Assembly (NCBI GenBank): GCA_958009085.1
Contig: OY253684.1
Coordinates: forward strand, 1 to 64,000
Direction: 5' to 3'
Length of the DNA: 64,000 bases
Origin: Protoeuglena noctilucae
Taxonomy: Eukaryota
Below are positions 1-13,199 of the stretch, piece by piece. Each line of letters begins with the position of its first letter. The first letter of the stretch is position 1. Below the pieces are notes generated by a model. It saw nothing but the letters and a program-made list of their open reading frames with translations, ran no database searches and was not told the origin of the DNA. A program made the position numbers and the translations under genes.

Positions 1-212
1 CTAACCCTAACCCTAACCCTAACCCTAACCCTAACCCTAACCCTAACCCTAACCCTAACCCTAACCCTAACCCTAACCCTAACCCTAACCCTAACCCTAA
101 CCCTAACCCTAACCCTAACCCTAACCCTAACCCTAACCCTAACCCTAACCCTGCCCTGCCCTACCTAACCTGCCCTAACCCTTACCTTACCTACCTAACC
201 CTACCCTAACCC
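1..212. repeat. Telomeric repeat array (CCCTAA)n = TTAGGG type; perfect to ~150, degenerate variants 151-212
   Basis: About 25 perfect CTAACC units at the contig start, followed by variants CTGCC/CTTACC/CTACC. Confidence 0.98.
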
Positions 213-1547
213 GGCCTTCCAGCTCCTGGACGCAAAGGGAGCTCTGCGAGGGACACACACCGAGGTGCTTGGGCTCCAGCACCGCGTCGTCCTGCAATGA
301 GATGAGCAGCCGTGGAGATGTGTGGGTACCACGCCCGCTTGCCTCAACGGCGTCGGCCGCGTGCTGCTGCACGGCTGGTGTGCCCCAGCTGAGCGCGCGC
401 ACAGCAGCTCTGCTATGGCGCTACAGCTCGTCTCAACATGCACAGATCGGCGCTGCCCTCAGCCTTTCGAGCCCCCCGTAGCCACCGCAGATCCATGCAC
501 ACCCCCGCCACCTCTCGCCCAACTAAGGCATGCACGCGGTGCAACTGCCCTGCACCGTTCCAACGTTTCATACAGGCCAGGCCTGAGCCGATATCTCAAT
601 CACACCTGACCGGCGTCGCGGCGGGCATGCAGCTTGTCGAGACCGTCGTGCGCTCTGGCTCCCCCCAACAGCGGTGCCTGCCAACTCAGCGGTGGCGCTG
701 CAAAGGCAGAGCCGTACACAGATGCCGAGAAACACAGACTTACACCCAGCGCCGCCCCAGCCACGCCCCCAGCCCAGGTACGGCCGGGTGACTGTCGACC
801 GACCACAGGTGCGCCATGTTCCAGGCAAACGGCACGGCATCCGCGAGCACGCCGCCATATACACTGCATGGCGCTTGTCGATAGGGCGCATCCCCGCGCC
901 CCCTCACCCCTCACAGCAGCACCGCGCTCGGCAAGGAGCGTGGAGCGTCGCGGGCCCGGGTTGCCCCTGCCGCGGGTGCCGAGGATAGCTGCGTGGCACA
1001 GGCGACATCGAACCACCTCCGCGGACGCTGGTGAGATGGGCGGCGTGCTTGCGGGGGCAGGGCGGGACCCAGCACGCGAGGCGCAGCCCCGGAGCCGTCC
1101 AGAGGGCTCTGCGATTGCCTGCGCGCTTGCCCGCCTAGCACCCATCCCCACCGCCTGCGTTGCTCCGTCGCGAGCACAACTGCGCCTCTCACGCCCTCCG
1201 CATTGCCAAAACGGCGTGCCTGTCTTGCGTTTCTCGACACGCTGGAGTGCCAGCGCACCACAGGGGCCTGATTATTCGATGCTGCAGCCCGCTACCCCGC
1301 TTCCTCGACGAACCTCGCCCTCACGACTGCGCTGCGCCCGTCGCTCTTTGCTGGGTTTACTGCTTTGGCGAGTGCTGAGCCCGCAGGCTTTGCTGGTGCG
1401 TGTACGCATGGAATGCGCTCTGCATTCAGACAGTGCCGTGCTCCTTCTGCTAGGATGCATGACTCGGCATTGCCTGCTGGTCCGCGCTCGCGCCTCACGG
1501 ATCCTGCCATTTCGCATGCAGCCAGGGCCGAATCCAGCCAATCCATC

Positions 1548-3075
1548 ATGGCCGCCAACATGCTCCCGGAAGGTTTCCACGAACAGACCATACAGGACCT
1601 CAATAAGCGACTCGGACAGGCGGAAGCGAAGCTCGGCCCGCTCCAGCGCGCTCTCGCGGCCCGGTGAGGGCAGAGCGTGCCCGTCCGCGACGCGCATGGG
1701 CTCGCCCGGGGCCCGCGATCTTGACAGCACCTTTCTGCGAACTGTCCCGCAGCGATGCGGAGGTCGGCGAGCTGACGGAGCTGCTGCGGCAGCTGCGGTC
1801 AGTGCACGACGTGCAGGCGTCTCAGCTGGAGGCGTCCGCGAGCTCAAAGGGGGACCTGGAGCGCCGGGTGGAGGAGCTGCGGGCGCGGGCGGAAGGGGCC
1901 GAGGCGCGTGCGCAGGCGGCGGAGACGTCCCTGGCCTCGGCGCTGCGGGAGGGGGCGTCGCTGCGTGAGCGGGGGCAGGCACTCGAGGGGGAGGTGCAGG
2001 CGCTGCGGGAGGTGGTCGCGGAGCTGGATCGGGCGATCGAGAATGCGCGGAGGGGACCGGTCGGGGCGTCCGAGGAGCGCGCGGCAGGGAGCCCGCGGCG
2101 GGAGGCGGCGGGGGAGGAGGCGAGGGCGTTGCGGGAGCGCCTGCGGGAGGCGGAGCTGTCGAGGGCGAGGCTGGAGGAGGCGAACGGGATGTACAGGAAG
2201 AGGGAGGCGCAGCTGAAGGACGCGGTGCGGAGGCTAGAAGAGGAGCTCGAGGTGGGCGGCGTGGTGGATGGATGTAGAAGCCCTGGCTCATGCAGGGCGG
2301 CGCCCAGCGAGCAAACCCTCAGCTCTCCGTGCAGATGAGGCCACCTCTCGGCGCGGCGCCCTCCTCTCGGGCCCTCGGCAGGGCGGGGACGGGCGCCCCG
2401 GCTGCCGTGCCCCCGCCCGCGCCCGTGCCCCCCCAGCCGCGGCGGTCGGCGTCACAGTCCTCTCGGTCGGGAGGCGTGGCGAGGGAGGGCGGAGCGAGCG
2501 CATCGGCCGCCGCGAACCCCGGCAGGGCCGCTGCCTCCGCCCCCGCGCCCCTCAAGCGCCTCGGCTCCATGCGCGCCCCCAAGGGCCCCTCCCCCGCCCC
2601 TGCGCCGTCCCTGGCGCGGGCCCCCAGCGGCAAGGGACCGGGGGCGCTGGCGCCCGTGCGCGTGTCGCGCGAGCCCTCCGGCCGCCTGGATGTCCCTCAG
2701 GCGCTGCAGGACGTGCGGCGGCAGCTGACGGAGCGCCTCAACGTCACGCAGCCCAACTACCAGCCCATCGCGCTGACCGAGTTCGGGCCCGGCGGAGACG
2801 ATGTCAGCAGCGACGGCGACGGCAGCTACAGTGGCGGGGGTGGGGGCGCCAAGGGTCCTGCATCTCCGGTGCGTGTGGCAGGGGTGATGGCCTGGCCGGG
2901 CTGCGTCCGCACAGCGTCCTCAGCTGGGCGCTCATCCTGCCGTGCCGCGAGCTTCCGCTCCTCCGCCTCCCCAGGGTGCCCGCGACCGTGCCCGACAGCG
3001 CCTGCAAGACGAGGTCGGGGCGGCGCCTGCGTTCTGACAGGGTGCTTCTGGCGCTTGTGCCTTTGCCAGACCTAG
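1548..3075 (+). CDS. Uncharacterised coiled-coil protein with Pro/Ser-rich C-terminus (multi-exon; 5' end may lie further upstream, ~628-1036)
   Basis: Exons ~1548-1663, ~1753-2251 and ~2335 onward joined by GT-AG introns give a heptad-rich E/L/R/A stretch (ELTELLRQLRS...LKDAVRRLEEELE). Confidence 0.6.
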
Positions 3076-3372
3076 ATTGCATTCCGCGCCGCCTTCGTTG
3101 ACGCCATCTCCTCGCTCTGCTGCCCTACAAAACCGTTGGCGACGCCCTCACCGCCTTAAACCTCAGCGACTGTGACGAGCGTAGCTTCCGCGCCCTTTGC
3201 AAAGCACAGTCCCTCCTCCCGGCCGTTGTGCTCATCGCTGGCGTAAGCCTTTCCTAGACCACCACTGCCTCGGCTGAACCTGCGACATCGCTGACTGCGG
3301 GAGGCCTTCTCTCGCTCTCGCCAGCCTGGGCGCCTCGCGCCGCACGCCCTCCGGGCTCCACGGCCTGTCGCC

Positions 3373-4055
3373 ATGGCGCGTCACCATCCGGATCTCATCA
3401 TGTGCCGCAAGCAGCCGGGCATCGGTGCGTTGCCGGCGTGGTCGTGGCTTGGGGAGCGCGGCGTCGTGAAAGCGCCCCTACAAGCGCACGTCTCTTTCCC
3501 GCTTACCCTTTGGCGCGCATGTAGGTACTTGTGATCCGCTTGCACATCTCTGACCCTGTCACTTTGTCCCCCGACGCTCGCAGCCATCGGGCGGCTCTGT
3601 GAGAAGTGTGATGGGAAGTGCGTCATCTGCGATTCGTACGTGAAGCCGAGCCAGCTCGTGCGCATCTGCGACGAGTGCAACTACGGGACGTCGCAGGTGA
3701 TGCGCGGGTCGCTGCTGCGACGGGGCTCTCGGGGGCCGCGGCGCGAGCTTGCGTCTCTCCACGCCTGCCCCTCGCCCTCTTTTCTGCCCAGGGACGTTGC
3801 GTCGTGTGCGGCGGCATCGGCGTGTCGGACGCGTTCTACTGCAAGGAGTGCGTCATGTGCGAGAAAGACCGGGACGGGTGCCCGAAGGTGACGCGGGGCG
3901 GGGGACGTCCCGTCGACCTCCGTGGATTGATGCAGGGCCCTGCCCGCAACAGCCAAAGGGTTTCTTCGTTCCCCGGCACGCAGATCATCAACCTGGGCTC
4001 AGCGCGGACCGACCTGTACTACGAGAGGAAGAAGTACGGCTTCAAGAAACGCTGA
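3373..4055 (+). CDS. PHF5A: PHD finger-like domain protein 5A (SF3b subunit, Rds3), 4 exons
   Basis: Spliced product [37 protein letters not shown]...[26 protein letters not shown] is near-identical to the conserved family sequence. Confidence 0.97.
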
Positions 4056-4172
4056 GGAGTGGGACGAAGAGCCGTGGCAAGCTGGCTGGCTGGAGAGATC
4101 GCGCTCGTTGAACTGCGCTGCGCTGCCCTGTGACTGTCGGGCAGTGGCATCTGGCACTATCACCCACGGCCT

Positions 4173-5712
4173 CTAGCATCGCGCAGCGGTGGGTGCGCTC
4201 TTGCGCCGCCGCCGTGCTGCCTGCACCGGCACCGTCGCCGGCGTCGCCTGGCCGGGCTTGGGCGCGCCTGCCCAGCCCTGCGCTTCGGCGCGCTCGAGAG
4301 CCGGCCCCGCGGGAGGGCTGGCCATGGACCCCCTCGCGCCGCCCTCCCCCGCCGCGGCCGCGCTAGGCACGCTCCCCGCGGCCGGTGCCGCGCGCCCCGT
4401 CAGCGCCTCCACCAGCAGGGCGCACGACTCGTCGCAGAGGCCGCCCGTCGGCGACCACGGCATCCCGAAGGGGTCCCGGTCGCTGGGCGTCGCCGTGGCC
4501 AAGCTGTTGCCATGAGCGGGGGGTGCCTCGCCCAGCCGGGGCCGCTTGGGTGGGGGCCCGCTGGGCTGTCGCCAGCGGAAGCAGGGCTTCTTGGAGGACG
4601 ACGCGCCGGTGACCTTGTCGACGAGCCCCAGCGACACGAGCACGTTGGCAATGTCGTACAGCCGCCGCCCCTGCGTCTTGGCCTGGGCCCCCGACCCGGA
4701 GCCCCCGCCCTGGCGCTCCAGGCGCTGGTTGAAGGCCTCCAGGGACACGGCGGCGCCCGCGGTGGACGCCAGCTGCGCCACGAAGCGCCGCGACAGCCCC
4801 GCCAGCGTGCTGCCGGACCGCGACCCTGGGCGGGGCCGCTTCCCACCCACCTCCCCACCCTCGGCGCCCTCGGGCGAGGGGGCCGCGCTGGACCCCGGCC
4901 CTTCCGCGATGATCTTCTGGGGACGGGCGACGAGGGCAGGGGACGTGGGAGGGTGAACGCGGATGCGAGGCTGCCACCGCGACGTGGCACCTGTCCCCCT
5001 CACCTTTACTTCGGCAGTGAAATTGTCCCACCCGAGCCACTCGTACGCGTTCTTGGCCCTTTTCTGCACGAGTCCCACCGCCTCAAGGATGTTGACGACG
5101 TCGTACATGCGCCGGCGCTCGACCTGCAGGGCCGAGGCTGCGAGGGCAGGGGAGGGGGGCACGGCGTCAAACAGGCTGGCGACGCTCGCCTTGCACGTGC
5201 CACGGGGCGCGGCGAGGCCACTGAAGGGCCCCTCGGCGCCGGGCACCGCACCGGCGCTGTCGAGGGAGATGGTCCCATGGTTGTCCTGGCAGAGGCTGAG
5301 GAAGTTCTCGCACAGCAGACCCAGGCTCTTCTCCTTGCGCCGGTACGCCTTGCGCGGCGGGCCCACCGGCCCCCCCCGCTGCGACTGCCGCCGCGTCAGG
5401 GGCGGACCGGTCGGGGACAGGCGCGGGGTCGGGGCCTCTCCTGGATGCGGGGGAGGGGAGGGAAGTGGTGTGGGCAGGAGAGGATGAGTCGGAACGCGGG
5501 GGCTTGGGCAGGCCGGCCCGAGCATCGGATGGCATCAAGACTGGGCGCACTCGGCACAGGTCACCACTCCCCAGACCATGCCTGTCCCCAGACCATGCTT
5601 GCCGCGCCCCCGCCGTGCGCCATCCCTCGCCCATCTCACCTGCCTCCTCGCCGCTCCCTCCGCAACCCCCGCGACCTTCGGCACTCAAATCACCCAGGGG
5701 GTCCCTGGGCAT
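4173..5712 (-). CDS. DEL: Atypical E2F / DP-E2F-like (DEL, E2F7/8-type) transcription factor with two DNA-binding domains; start uncertain
   Basis: Two E2F winged-helix motifs: RKEKSLGLLCENF...VERRRMYDVVNILEAVG and STLAGLSRRF...RRLYDIANVLVSLGL...KPCFRW. Confidence 0.88.
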
Positions 5713-6508
5713 CGCGTGGCACCCTGCCTGGGACTGGGACCCGCCGGCAGCGACTCTCTCCTGGCCACTGGCCTCCGCGTCGTTCATCTCTCGAGGCGTT
5801 GAACGTTTGACGGGGATTGCCCACCCGGCAGCGACGCCGTCGGCGACCTTGCCTGCTCGCGCCCAGCACACGAGCCCAGGGACGCCGTCCCTCGGTTCCC
5901 CGGGCGGGATGCACACGCCTGCGCAGAGCCAGCGCAATGATAAGTATTTCAGCGAGCGTGTCCAGCCAGGTCGACCGCAACTGGCCCGCATAGACGCGGG
6001 GAAGTGTCCTCGCGCACTGCAGGGTACAGGGGTGCCGCGCGGCGAACTGGACGATCCATTGCACAATCCTTGCATACCACCGCGTTATTGAAACGTCAAA
6101 GAGTGCCTTGCATGCCCTGTGACTCCACCATTTTCAGCGATGGCGCCAGGCCGGGCGCACCCGCCATTTCAATCCGAAACGAGGGAACAGCCGGCGCGAG
6201 CGCGCGGGGCACCAGGCACCGGCTCGCAACGACCCGCGCGATCCAAACAATGTTTTCCTGCCCCGAAAGCACGTCTCAAGGGCAGGAATCGCGCACCTGA
6301 ATTCACGCTCCGTCTGCAGCTTCCCCCCAGACTGCGATCCGCGAACAGAGCGTTTCAGCGCAACCGATCGATGCTTTTCTGGAGCTCACGTCATCCAAAG
6401 TGCGCGCATCGCGATGGCCTGGCCACCCTAAGTCTCTGGCAAGTGCGGCTGCAGCACGCATTCAAAAACAGCTGCTCTACATCGACCCGCCCGCTACCCG
6501 CCGCTCCG

Positions 6509-9500
6509 TCAGCACGTGGACGGGAACCCCGTGACCTCGATGATTTCCTGGACCTTCTGGTTGCCCATGATGTCCTCGACCTCGAACTGCACCCGCAGCC
6601 GCATGGCCAGGGGCTTCTGCCCCACGAGGGAGTTGGTGACGTGCATGGTCTGCGTCACGGCAGCGCCACCTGCAAGCGAGGAGAGGGCGGTGGACATGGG
6701 CCCTCGTCAGCAGGCCCGACGCCGCGCCTTGCAACGCCATCAGGCAGGGCCGCGCGGCGCACCGGGCTGGATGGTGGTCCCGCTGGGGTGGTCGAGCTTG
6801 ACGGTGGCCGTCTTGGGCACGGCGGCCTGCAGGGAGAGCCCCACGATGGCGCCCATGCCCGTGTTGGTGCACGTGGCCGTGACGGTCGTGGCCGTGGGGT
6901 CACCCCCCGGCTTGGCGCAGGCGAAGACCACCTTGAGGCCCTGCTTGTCGTAGACGACGAACGAGGGGGAGGAGACGGGCACGGGGGCGGGGGCACCGCC
7001 GCCCAGCAGGTCGTCCAGCCCCCCCAGCATGCCGGGCGCGGGGGCGTAGGAGCCGTTGCCGGCCGCCCCACCCAGGAGGTCGTCCAGGCCGCCGAGAGCC
7101 CCGGGGGCGCGGGCCTCCGCGGGTGCCGCCCCGCCGCCGCCGCCGCCGAGGTCGAGGTCGAGGAGGGCGGCCAGGTCCTGGGCCTGGCGCTCCACGGCCG
7201 CCTGGACGTCCGCGGCGCCCGCCCCCGCCCCCGCCCCCGCGTCGATCGCCGAGGCCGCGTCCCCCCCCGCCATGAGCGCCGCGTAGGCCGAGTGCTCGAG
7301 GGGCGGGATGTGCTCCGACACGGCCGCGTGCAGGTCCTCCCGCTCCATCACCCGCAGGTACTCGCAGGCGCGCTTCTGCGTCTCCAGGCTGGGCGACGCC
7401 ACCAGGCGCTCCAGGGCGCCGCGCACCCCGCCCGACTCGGAGGGCAGCCACGCCGCCAGCTTGACCAGCGCCGTGCAGCACCAGTCGCGCACCGCCGCGT
7501 CCGTGCCCGCCTGCTGCATCAGGCCCAGCACCGTGCGGACCAGGGCGCCGGGGCCGCCGGGGAAGGAGCGGCCCGCCACATCGCCGAACTCGCCGGCGCA
7601 CCACTGCGGGGAAGGTGTTGCAAGGGGGATGTGCAAGGGGCGGTGCAAGGGGTGTGCCAAGCAGCGATGGGGCGTCGTGCGGGGTCGCGCGGGCGATGCC
7701 AGGCGAGGCTCACCGCGGCGGCGAGGGCGAGTGCGCGCGGGCACCCCGCCCCCTTGCGCTCCGCCTCGGTGAGGAGCTCCGGGGTGCACGCGGCCTGCAG
7801 GGCCGGGGACCGGCCTACCGTGGTGAGGAAGACGCGGAGGATCTCCTCGGGGACCACCTCCCCGGCGTCGCGGAGGACGCGGACCATGACGGAGCGGTAC
7901 CACTCGGCGCTGTCCGGGAACTGCTGGGCCAGGAGGCACACGCGCTTGGCCAGCTCCCCGCGGAAGGGCCCCTCGACGGCACTGAGGTGGGAGAGGAGGG
8001 CGTCGACCAGCTCGGGCGCCCCCTTGGCGTCCACGAGGCTCCCCAGCAGCTCGAGCGCCTTGCGGCGGATCGAGTCGTCCTCGTCCTGGACGCACTCGAG
8101 CACCGTGGCGCGGTGGCGCAACACGGCCTGGCGGTCGCGCACCACCACGCGCTGGAGCATGCCCAGCGCCACGTAGCGCTTGTTGTTGTCGCGGCTGCCC
8201 AGGAACTTGCCCATGATGTTGACGGCCAGCACCCGCAGCGACCCCACCGACTCGACGCCAATCACCGTCTGCACGCACTCGTACAGCACGGCGGCGCCGC
8301 CGGGGGCCGCGGGGTCGGCGGCGGACGCCACCTGGGCCAGGATGTCCGACATGGCGTCCGAGGCCTTCTCGTCGCCGCGGCCCACCTCGCGGAGGACCCT
8401 GGGAGGGGATGAAGAGCGACGATGCTCAGAGACACCCCAGCGACACCCACCCCAGGGACACCGGCGCACCGGAACAGTCGCAGTGAGAGCGGCTGCCGCG
8501 AGAGATTTTGCAAGAGCTGAGGGCTCCCGACGCCCGCGCATCGGTACCTTTGCTCGGCCAAGGGCGAGGAGTGCGATTGCGGGTGCGGTCTCACCGGAGG
8601 ATCTTGACCTGGAGGAAGGGGTCCGGTGTGGGCCCCACGTTGTGGTCGGACGAGTACTGGTTCTGCAGCAGGGCCTTCATGACGCGCACCAGGACCTCGA
8701 CCTTGCCGCGGTAGCGCTGGCGGGCCGCGTCGCTCTGGGTCGCCAGCTGCAGCATGAGGGTGGTGGTCGCCAGCAGCACGCCGTGGTTGCGGTCGGCCAG
8801 CAGCTCGGCCGCGGGGCTGCGGGGAGGGCGGGGCCACGCAACGTTGCTGCCAGGGCGCTCTCATCAACCATGCTCGCCACGCCTGCCGCGCCCCGCTCGC
8901 GTCCGCATCCTCACTCGATGAAGGCGTCGAGGATCTCGGGGCACTTGCGGGCGATGCGCACGGCGCACAGGGCTGCCTTCTTGCGCACGTATGCCGACGC
9001 CGACCGCATGAGGCGCTCGACCTCGGGGGCCAAGTCACGGGCCATGTCGGTGCTGCAGATGTTGCTGCGGGAGAGGGAGGGGGGAGGGAGGCGGTGGCGC
9101 GGGGGAACGCGGTGGCCATGGCAGCTGCACGGGACGCGCGCGCCCCCCCCGACCCACCCCAGGGCGTGGAGGGCGATGCCGACAATGTTGGAGTGGCGCG
9201 AGGTGAGGTCCCGCTTAAGGCAGTTGGTGACCATCATGAGGAGCTCCTGGCGCTCGTCCATCAGCACCATGAGCGCCAGGTACCCTGCGGTGGCGGGGGA
9301 GGGCGGGGCTCGAGGGGCGACGGCCGCACGACAGACGCGGCAGGTCGTCAAAAAGCACTGGGCGGCCCACCGATGCGCTTCTGGGGGAAGAGCGGCTCCG
9401 AGATGAGCTTGAGGCACTCCATCTGCCCCCAGTGCGTCGGGTACCCCAGCATGTGCATGTACATGAGCTTGGACAGGTTGCGGTGGCGGTACCCGGCATA

Positions 9501-10236
9501 CACCTGGAGCGGGCGGAGCAGGGGTCGGTTTTCTAATAAGGCGGGAAGTCGCACAGGAATCGCTGTCAATGAGAAGCGGGCATCGCGGGTGCGCATAGGG
9601 GGCAAGCAGCCCGCACGGTTGGCGGGATGAGACCCATCGCAGGTCTGTGGCTGAGGGGGGCTGGTGACAGCTGCAGCCCGAGTGCGGAACGCCTCTGCAT
9701 TCAACCAGCCCACCTTCTCCTCCTTGAACGCCGTGCGGATCTCCGCGGCCTCCTTTTGGATAACCGCGCGCTCCTCCGCTGCCGTCTTGCACTCCCGGAC
9801 GCGCTTGATCAGCTCCCTGCGTCGAAATACGAGGCGAATTAGCATCAAAGTTTCATCCACCCCCACCCGCCCGCATGCTTCGTTCTCCCGCGGCAGCTCC
9901 CGGGCCGATGCGCGGCACGCGGTCGCGAGACGGGAGAGGGAGGCGTCCCCGCCCGCTGGCAGCGATGCGGGCCCGAAGTGCAATGCGATGGGTCCAAGGC
10001 AGCGCGCAGCGGCGCCAATATGTCGGCTGGGCGGCGAAGGGGGAGGTAGCTGAAGCGAAATGCTCAAGCGCACTTCCCCCGCCTCACACGCAAACATCGG
10101 AGGTCTTTGGCCGCCCTCTGGAAAACCAGGACGTATATATATGGCACCGGGGTGCACCGACCGCCCTGAGGTCGCCCAGAGCCGAGGGTCGGGACCTCAG
10201 GTCGACGTTAAGGACCCACCTGAGCCGGATGCTCAT
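6509..10236 (-). CDS. AP1G1: AP-1 complex subunit gamma (gamma-adaptin), multi-exon
   Basis: MSIRLR-ELIKRVRECKTAAEERAVIQKE; KLMYMHMLGYPTHWGQMECLKL; DPFLQVKILR; DNNKRYVAL; C-terminal ear domain LQAAVPK. Confidence 0.95.
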
Positions 10237-10705
10237 CTCGCGCCGTCAGCACAGATCAGTGGGGACTCCACGTCGATACAACTTGCGATGCCGTCTCGGG
10301 CGCGCGTCGCGCCTTCTCCCGCGCCGCAGACGGGACAAGTCGCCGGTGCTAGAGAAATTCCGCGCCTTTTTGGTTCCCTGCACGGCCCCCGAACGACGTT
10401 CTTGAACAAGCACGCGATCTGCGACGGTCTCGCGGGCCCGCGCGGGCTTCGTCGCCCGCAACTGCCGTTCGCTTACTGGCAAGCGCTGACGCGTCTGCAC
10501 TGTTGCCCGCTGCTCCCATCGAAGCACATCCGTGGCTAAGACTGGGGTCACGGCAGGCGTCCCTGTGCACGGGGAGGCCCCACCTCTTCTCCATCTCAAG
10601 CCGATCGTCCCCTGCACAAGCCGTGGAGGGCTCGCGCCCCCCCCCTCGCGCCTTCGGGCGTGACGCGCGCGGCCACATCTAGTTCGTGAACGGTTATCGT
10701 CGTCC

Positions 10706-12210
10706 ATGCAACAGGCGAAGGCCCCGCCCGCGCCTGCCGGGTGAGCCAGGATGCGGGAGACGTCCGACCCAAGGCCGCGATGGTGTGCCGCGTCGACAGC
10801 GCCAGGGCCGCGTCCGCAGGTCGGGGAAGGGAGCCGGGTCCTCGTCCCAACCGTCTGGGAGTCAAGTCCCTGCACCTGCAGCCAACAAGGCCCCCGGGCC
10901 CGGCACGGCCCCGGGCCGCGGCACGGGCACCTCGAATGCTTCTACCGCGACGGCAGGGCAGGCCTCCTCTGAGCAGGGTTATTCCTGGCTTGCGAGGGCC
11001 TCCTTGCCCCTCTTCGCCTTCAAAGGGATTCCTTTCAGGCGTGTTCTGGGGCCGCCGTTGGGTGTGGGACACCACCCCGTGTCTCCCCTCTCACACCGCT
11101 CCCCCATGGTTCCTGCAGGCTCCATGTGTCCTTCGTCATCTTCTGGGTGGTCGTGAGCGTCCTGGCCCTGGCCAACTCCCCGGCAGACTGCGCGCTCACT
11201 GTATGTGAGTGGCGGTGTCGGGTGCTACGCCCCCCGTCTGCCCATGCTAGTGAGTCTTTCTTGAGCCCCGCAACACTCGCCCTCCCAGTGGTGATGGGCC
11301 CGTTCCTCCTGGGCCACGCCATCACGCGCGAGATCGTCGAGGTCCTCATCGCCCGCCAGCTGACCGAGCTGACCCAGGAGCGTGTGACGGTCGTGCCGTA
11401 CGGGGCGGCCGAGTTCGTCGGCAGGACGCGCGACGTCACCAAGGACAGCATCATTGCGGCGGCGGGTGCCCTGTGCATGCTCCCCGTCCTCCTCATCTGG
11501 TTCATCGTCATGGCGGCCATCTCTGCCGGGCGACTGCTGTCCAACAGGGGGTCCCACGCGTGGGTGTACTACAGCCCAGGTGCGGCGGTGGACGCCCTTG
11601 CTATCCGCCTGCTCGTTCAGCGCGCCCCTCCCACCCGCGCCCCTCTCTCGACCCCCCAGGGGACAACTTCGCCTGGGCCCTCGTGGATGGCCTGGCAGCG
11701 GTGGCCCTCCTCCTGCTCGTCATCCACCTCATCCTGCCAGTCTACCCCCTGGATGCCAGCCGAATCGTGACCAACATCATGCAGGTGCGTGAGGGTAGCA
11801 TGAGAACGCCTTTGTCCCACATGCGCACGACATCGCATGCGGCGCCCCTGGCTCGTCCCCCGCAGGCCCTGTCCGTGCCAGTGCGGCAGCAGGCCCTGGT
11901 GACGTCGTGCCTGGGGCTGGCGGTGGGGCTCATCTTCGTGCTCTGGGGTGCCATCGGCAAGCCCTTCAACCCCAGCCTTCTCGTCGCGGGGGTGTATGGG
12001 ATGGTCGAGTCCGGCCGCCTCCTCCACACCTGGCGCAACAACCAGGAGGAGAGCCACCCGCTCTTCAAATTCTCCGAGGCGGCCATGGAGACGCGGATGG
12101 CGCAGAGCAATGCTGCCATGGGGGGGCGTGGGTCCATGCTGTCGGGGCTGCCTATGAGCGCGAGCCTCTCGGGGCTGCGCGTGGCGCGTGCGATGCACAG
12201 CATGGTCTGA
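10706..12210 (+). CDS. Peptidase M50 (site-2 protease)-like multi-pass membrane protein, catalytic motif degenerate
   Basis: Spliced product has GIPFRLHVSF, AAAGAL (AGP-like) and LILPVYPLDAS (NLLPxxPLDG-like) plus several TM segments. No HExxH. Confidence 0.7.
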
Positions 12211-12272
12211 ACCCGCGGGTGGATGACACGAGTGCCCACGGGAGGCGCGGTGACTGCTTGGGTGCATCGTCG

Positions 12273-12417
12273 GGAGAGTCGCTGCCACTGCTTGCTTCAA
12301 CACAACAAACAGCAGAGTCACTGCTTCAACGCGACAGGAGAGTCGCTGCCACTGTGTGCTTCAACGCGTCAAACACGTCACTGCTTCCTTCAACGCAACA
12401 CACAGCCGCGTCACTGG
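12273..12417. repeat. Imperfect tandem repeat between convergent genes
   Basis: GGAGAGTCGCTGCCACTG occurs twice; CTTCAAC and GTCACTG motifs recur 3-4 times. Confidence 0.6.
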
Positions 12418-12426
12418 TCCCACGTG

Positions 12427-13199
12427 TCAGAAGAGCCGCACGTGCACGACGCACGCGGTGACGATGCCGAGGAGGCACCCCATGACGACCTGCAGGGGCG
12501 TGTGCCCCAGCACCTCCTTCAGCTGCTCGGTGCCCAGGTCCAGGTCCTGGGCGGACGACAGGAGCTTGTTGAGCACCTCCGCCTGCTTGCCCGCGTGGCG
12601 GCGCACGCCCGCCGCGTCGTACATGACGATGAGCGAGAAGGCCAGGCCCAGCGCGAAGGCGCTGCTGCGGAAGCCGTGCTGCAGGGCCACGGACGTGGTG
12701 ACGCCCACGCACAGCGACGAGTGCGACGAGGGCATGCCGCCCGAGTCGAGCAGGGCCCGCAACCGCCACTTGCCGTGCGTGAACCGGTACGTGAAGATCT
12801 TGCCCACCTGCGGGCAGGCGCCGAGGCGGGCGGGGTCTGTGGCACTGCGCCTGGCACCGACCCTTGGGCGTGCCCCACCCACCCACGACCCCACCTGCGC
12901 CAGCAGCCAGCCCCAGAACCCGGCCACGAATGCCTCGTTCGCCAGCAGATCCGACCACACCCGCGACCCCACCGGCAGGGCGGCCATGAGACCCAGGGGC
13001 GCTGCCTCCAACCGTAGCGCCCGAAGGGCCCCCACCAGATGGCGAGCCGCCCGCCAGGGCGAGCGTCCCTCACATCCCACTCCGTCGCTCCCACTGCGCG
13101 GCAAAATCGGCGATCGCAGGGTGCCAGCGTCGGAGCAAGGTCCGGACGACGGGGTGCGCAGGAACGCAGCGACCTCTCATCGGCGCCGCCCCATGGCAT
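12427..13199 (-). CDS. Divergent PAP2 / DUF212 (acid phosphatase/vanadium haloperoxidase-related) membrane protein; start uncertain
   Basis: SGGMPSSHS, IVMYDAAGVRRHAGKQAEVLN and LKEVLGHTPLQV signature motifs. Confidence 0.9.

Noticed and set aside
6119..9406. Long plus-strand ORFs (685, 408 aa etc.) opposite AP-1 gamma, and similar long ORFs elsewhere
   Set aside because: These are antisense or off-frame shadows of GC-rich coding DNA with few stop codons. They are Arg/Pro/Gly-rich and have no motifs.
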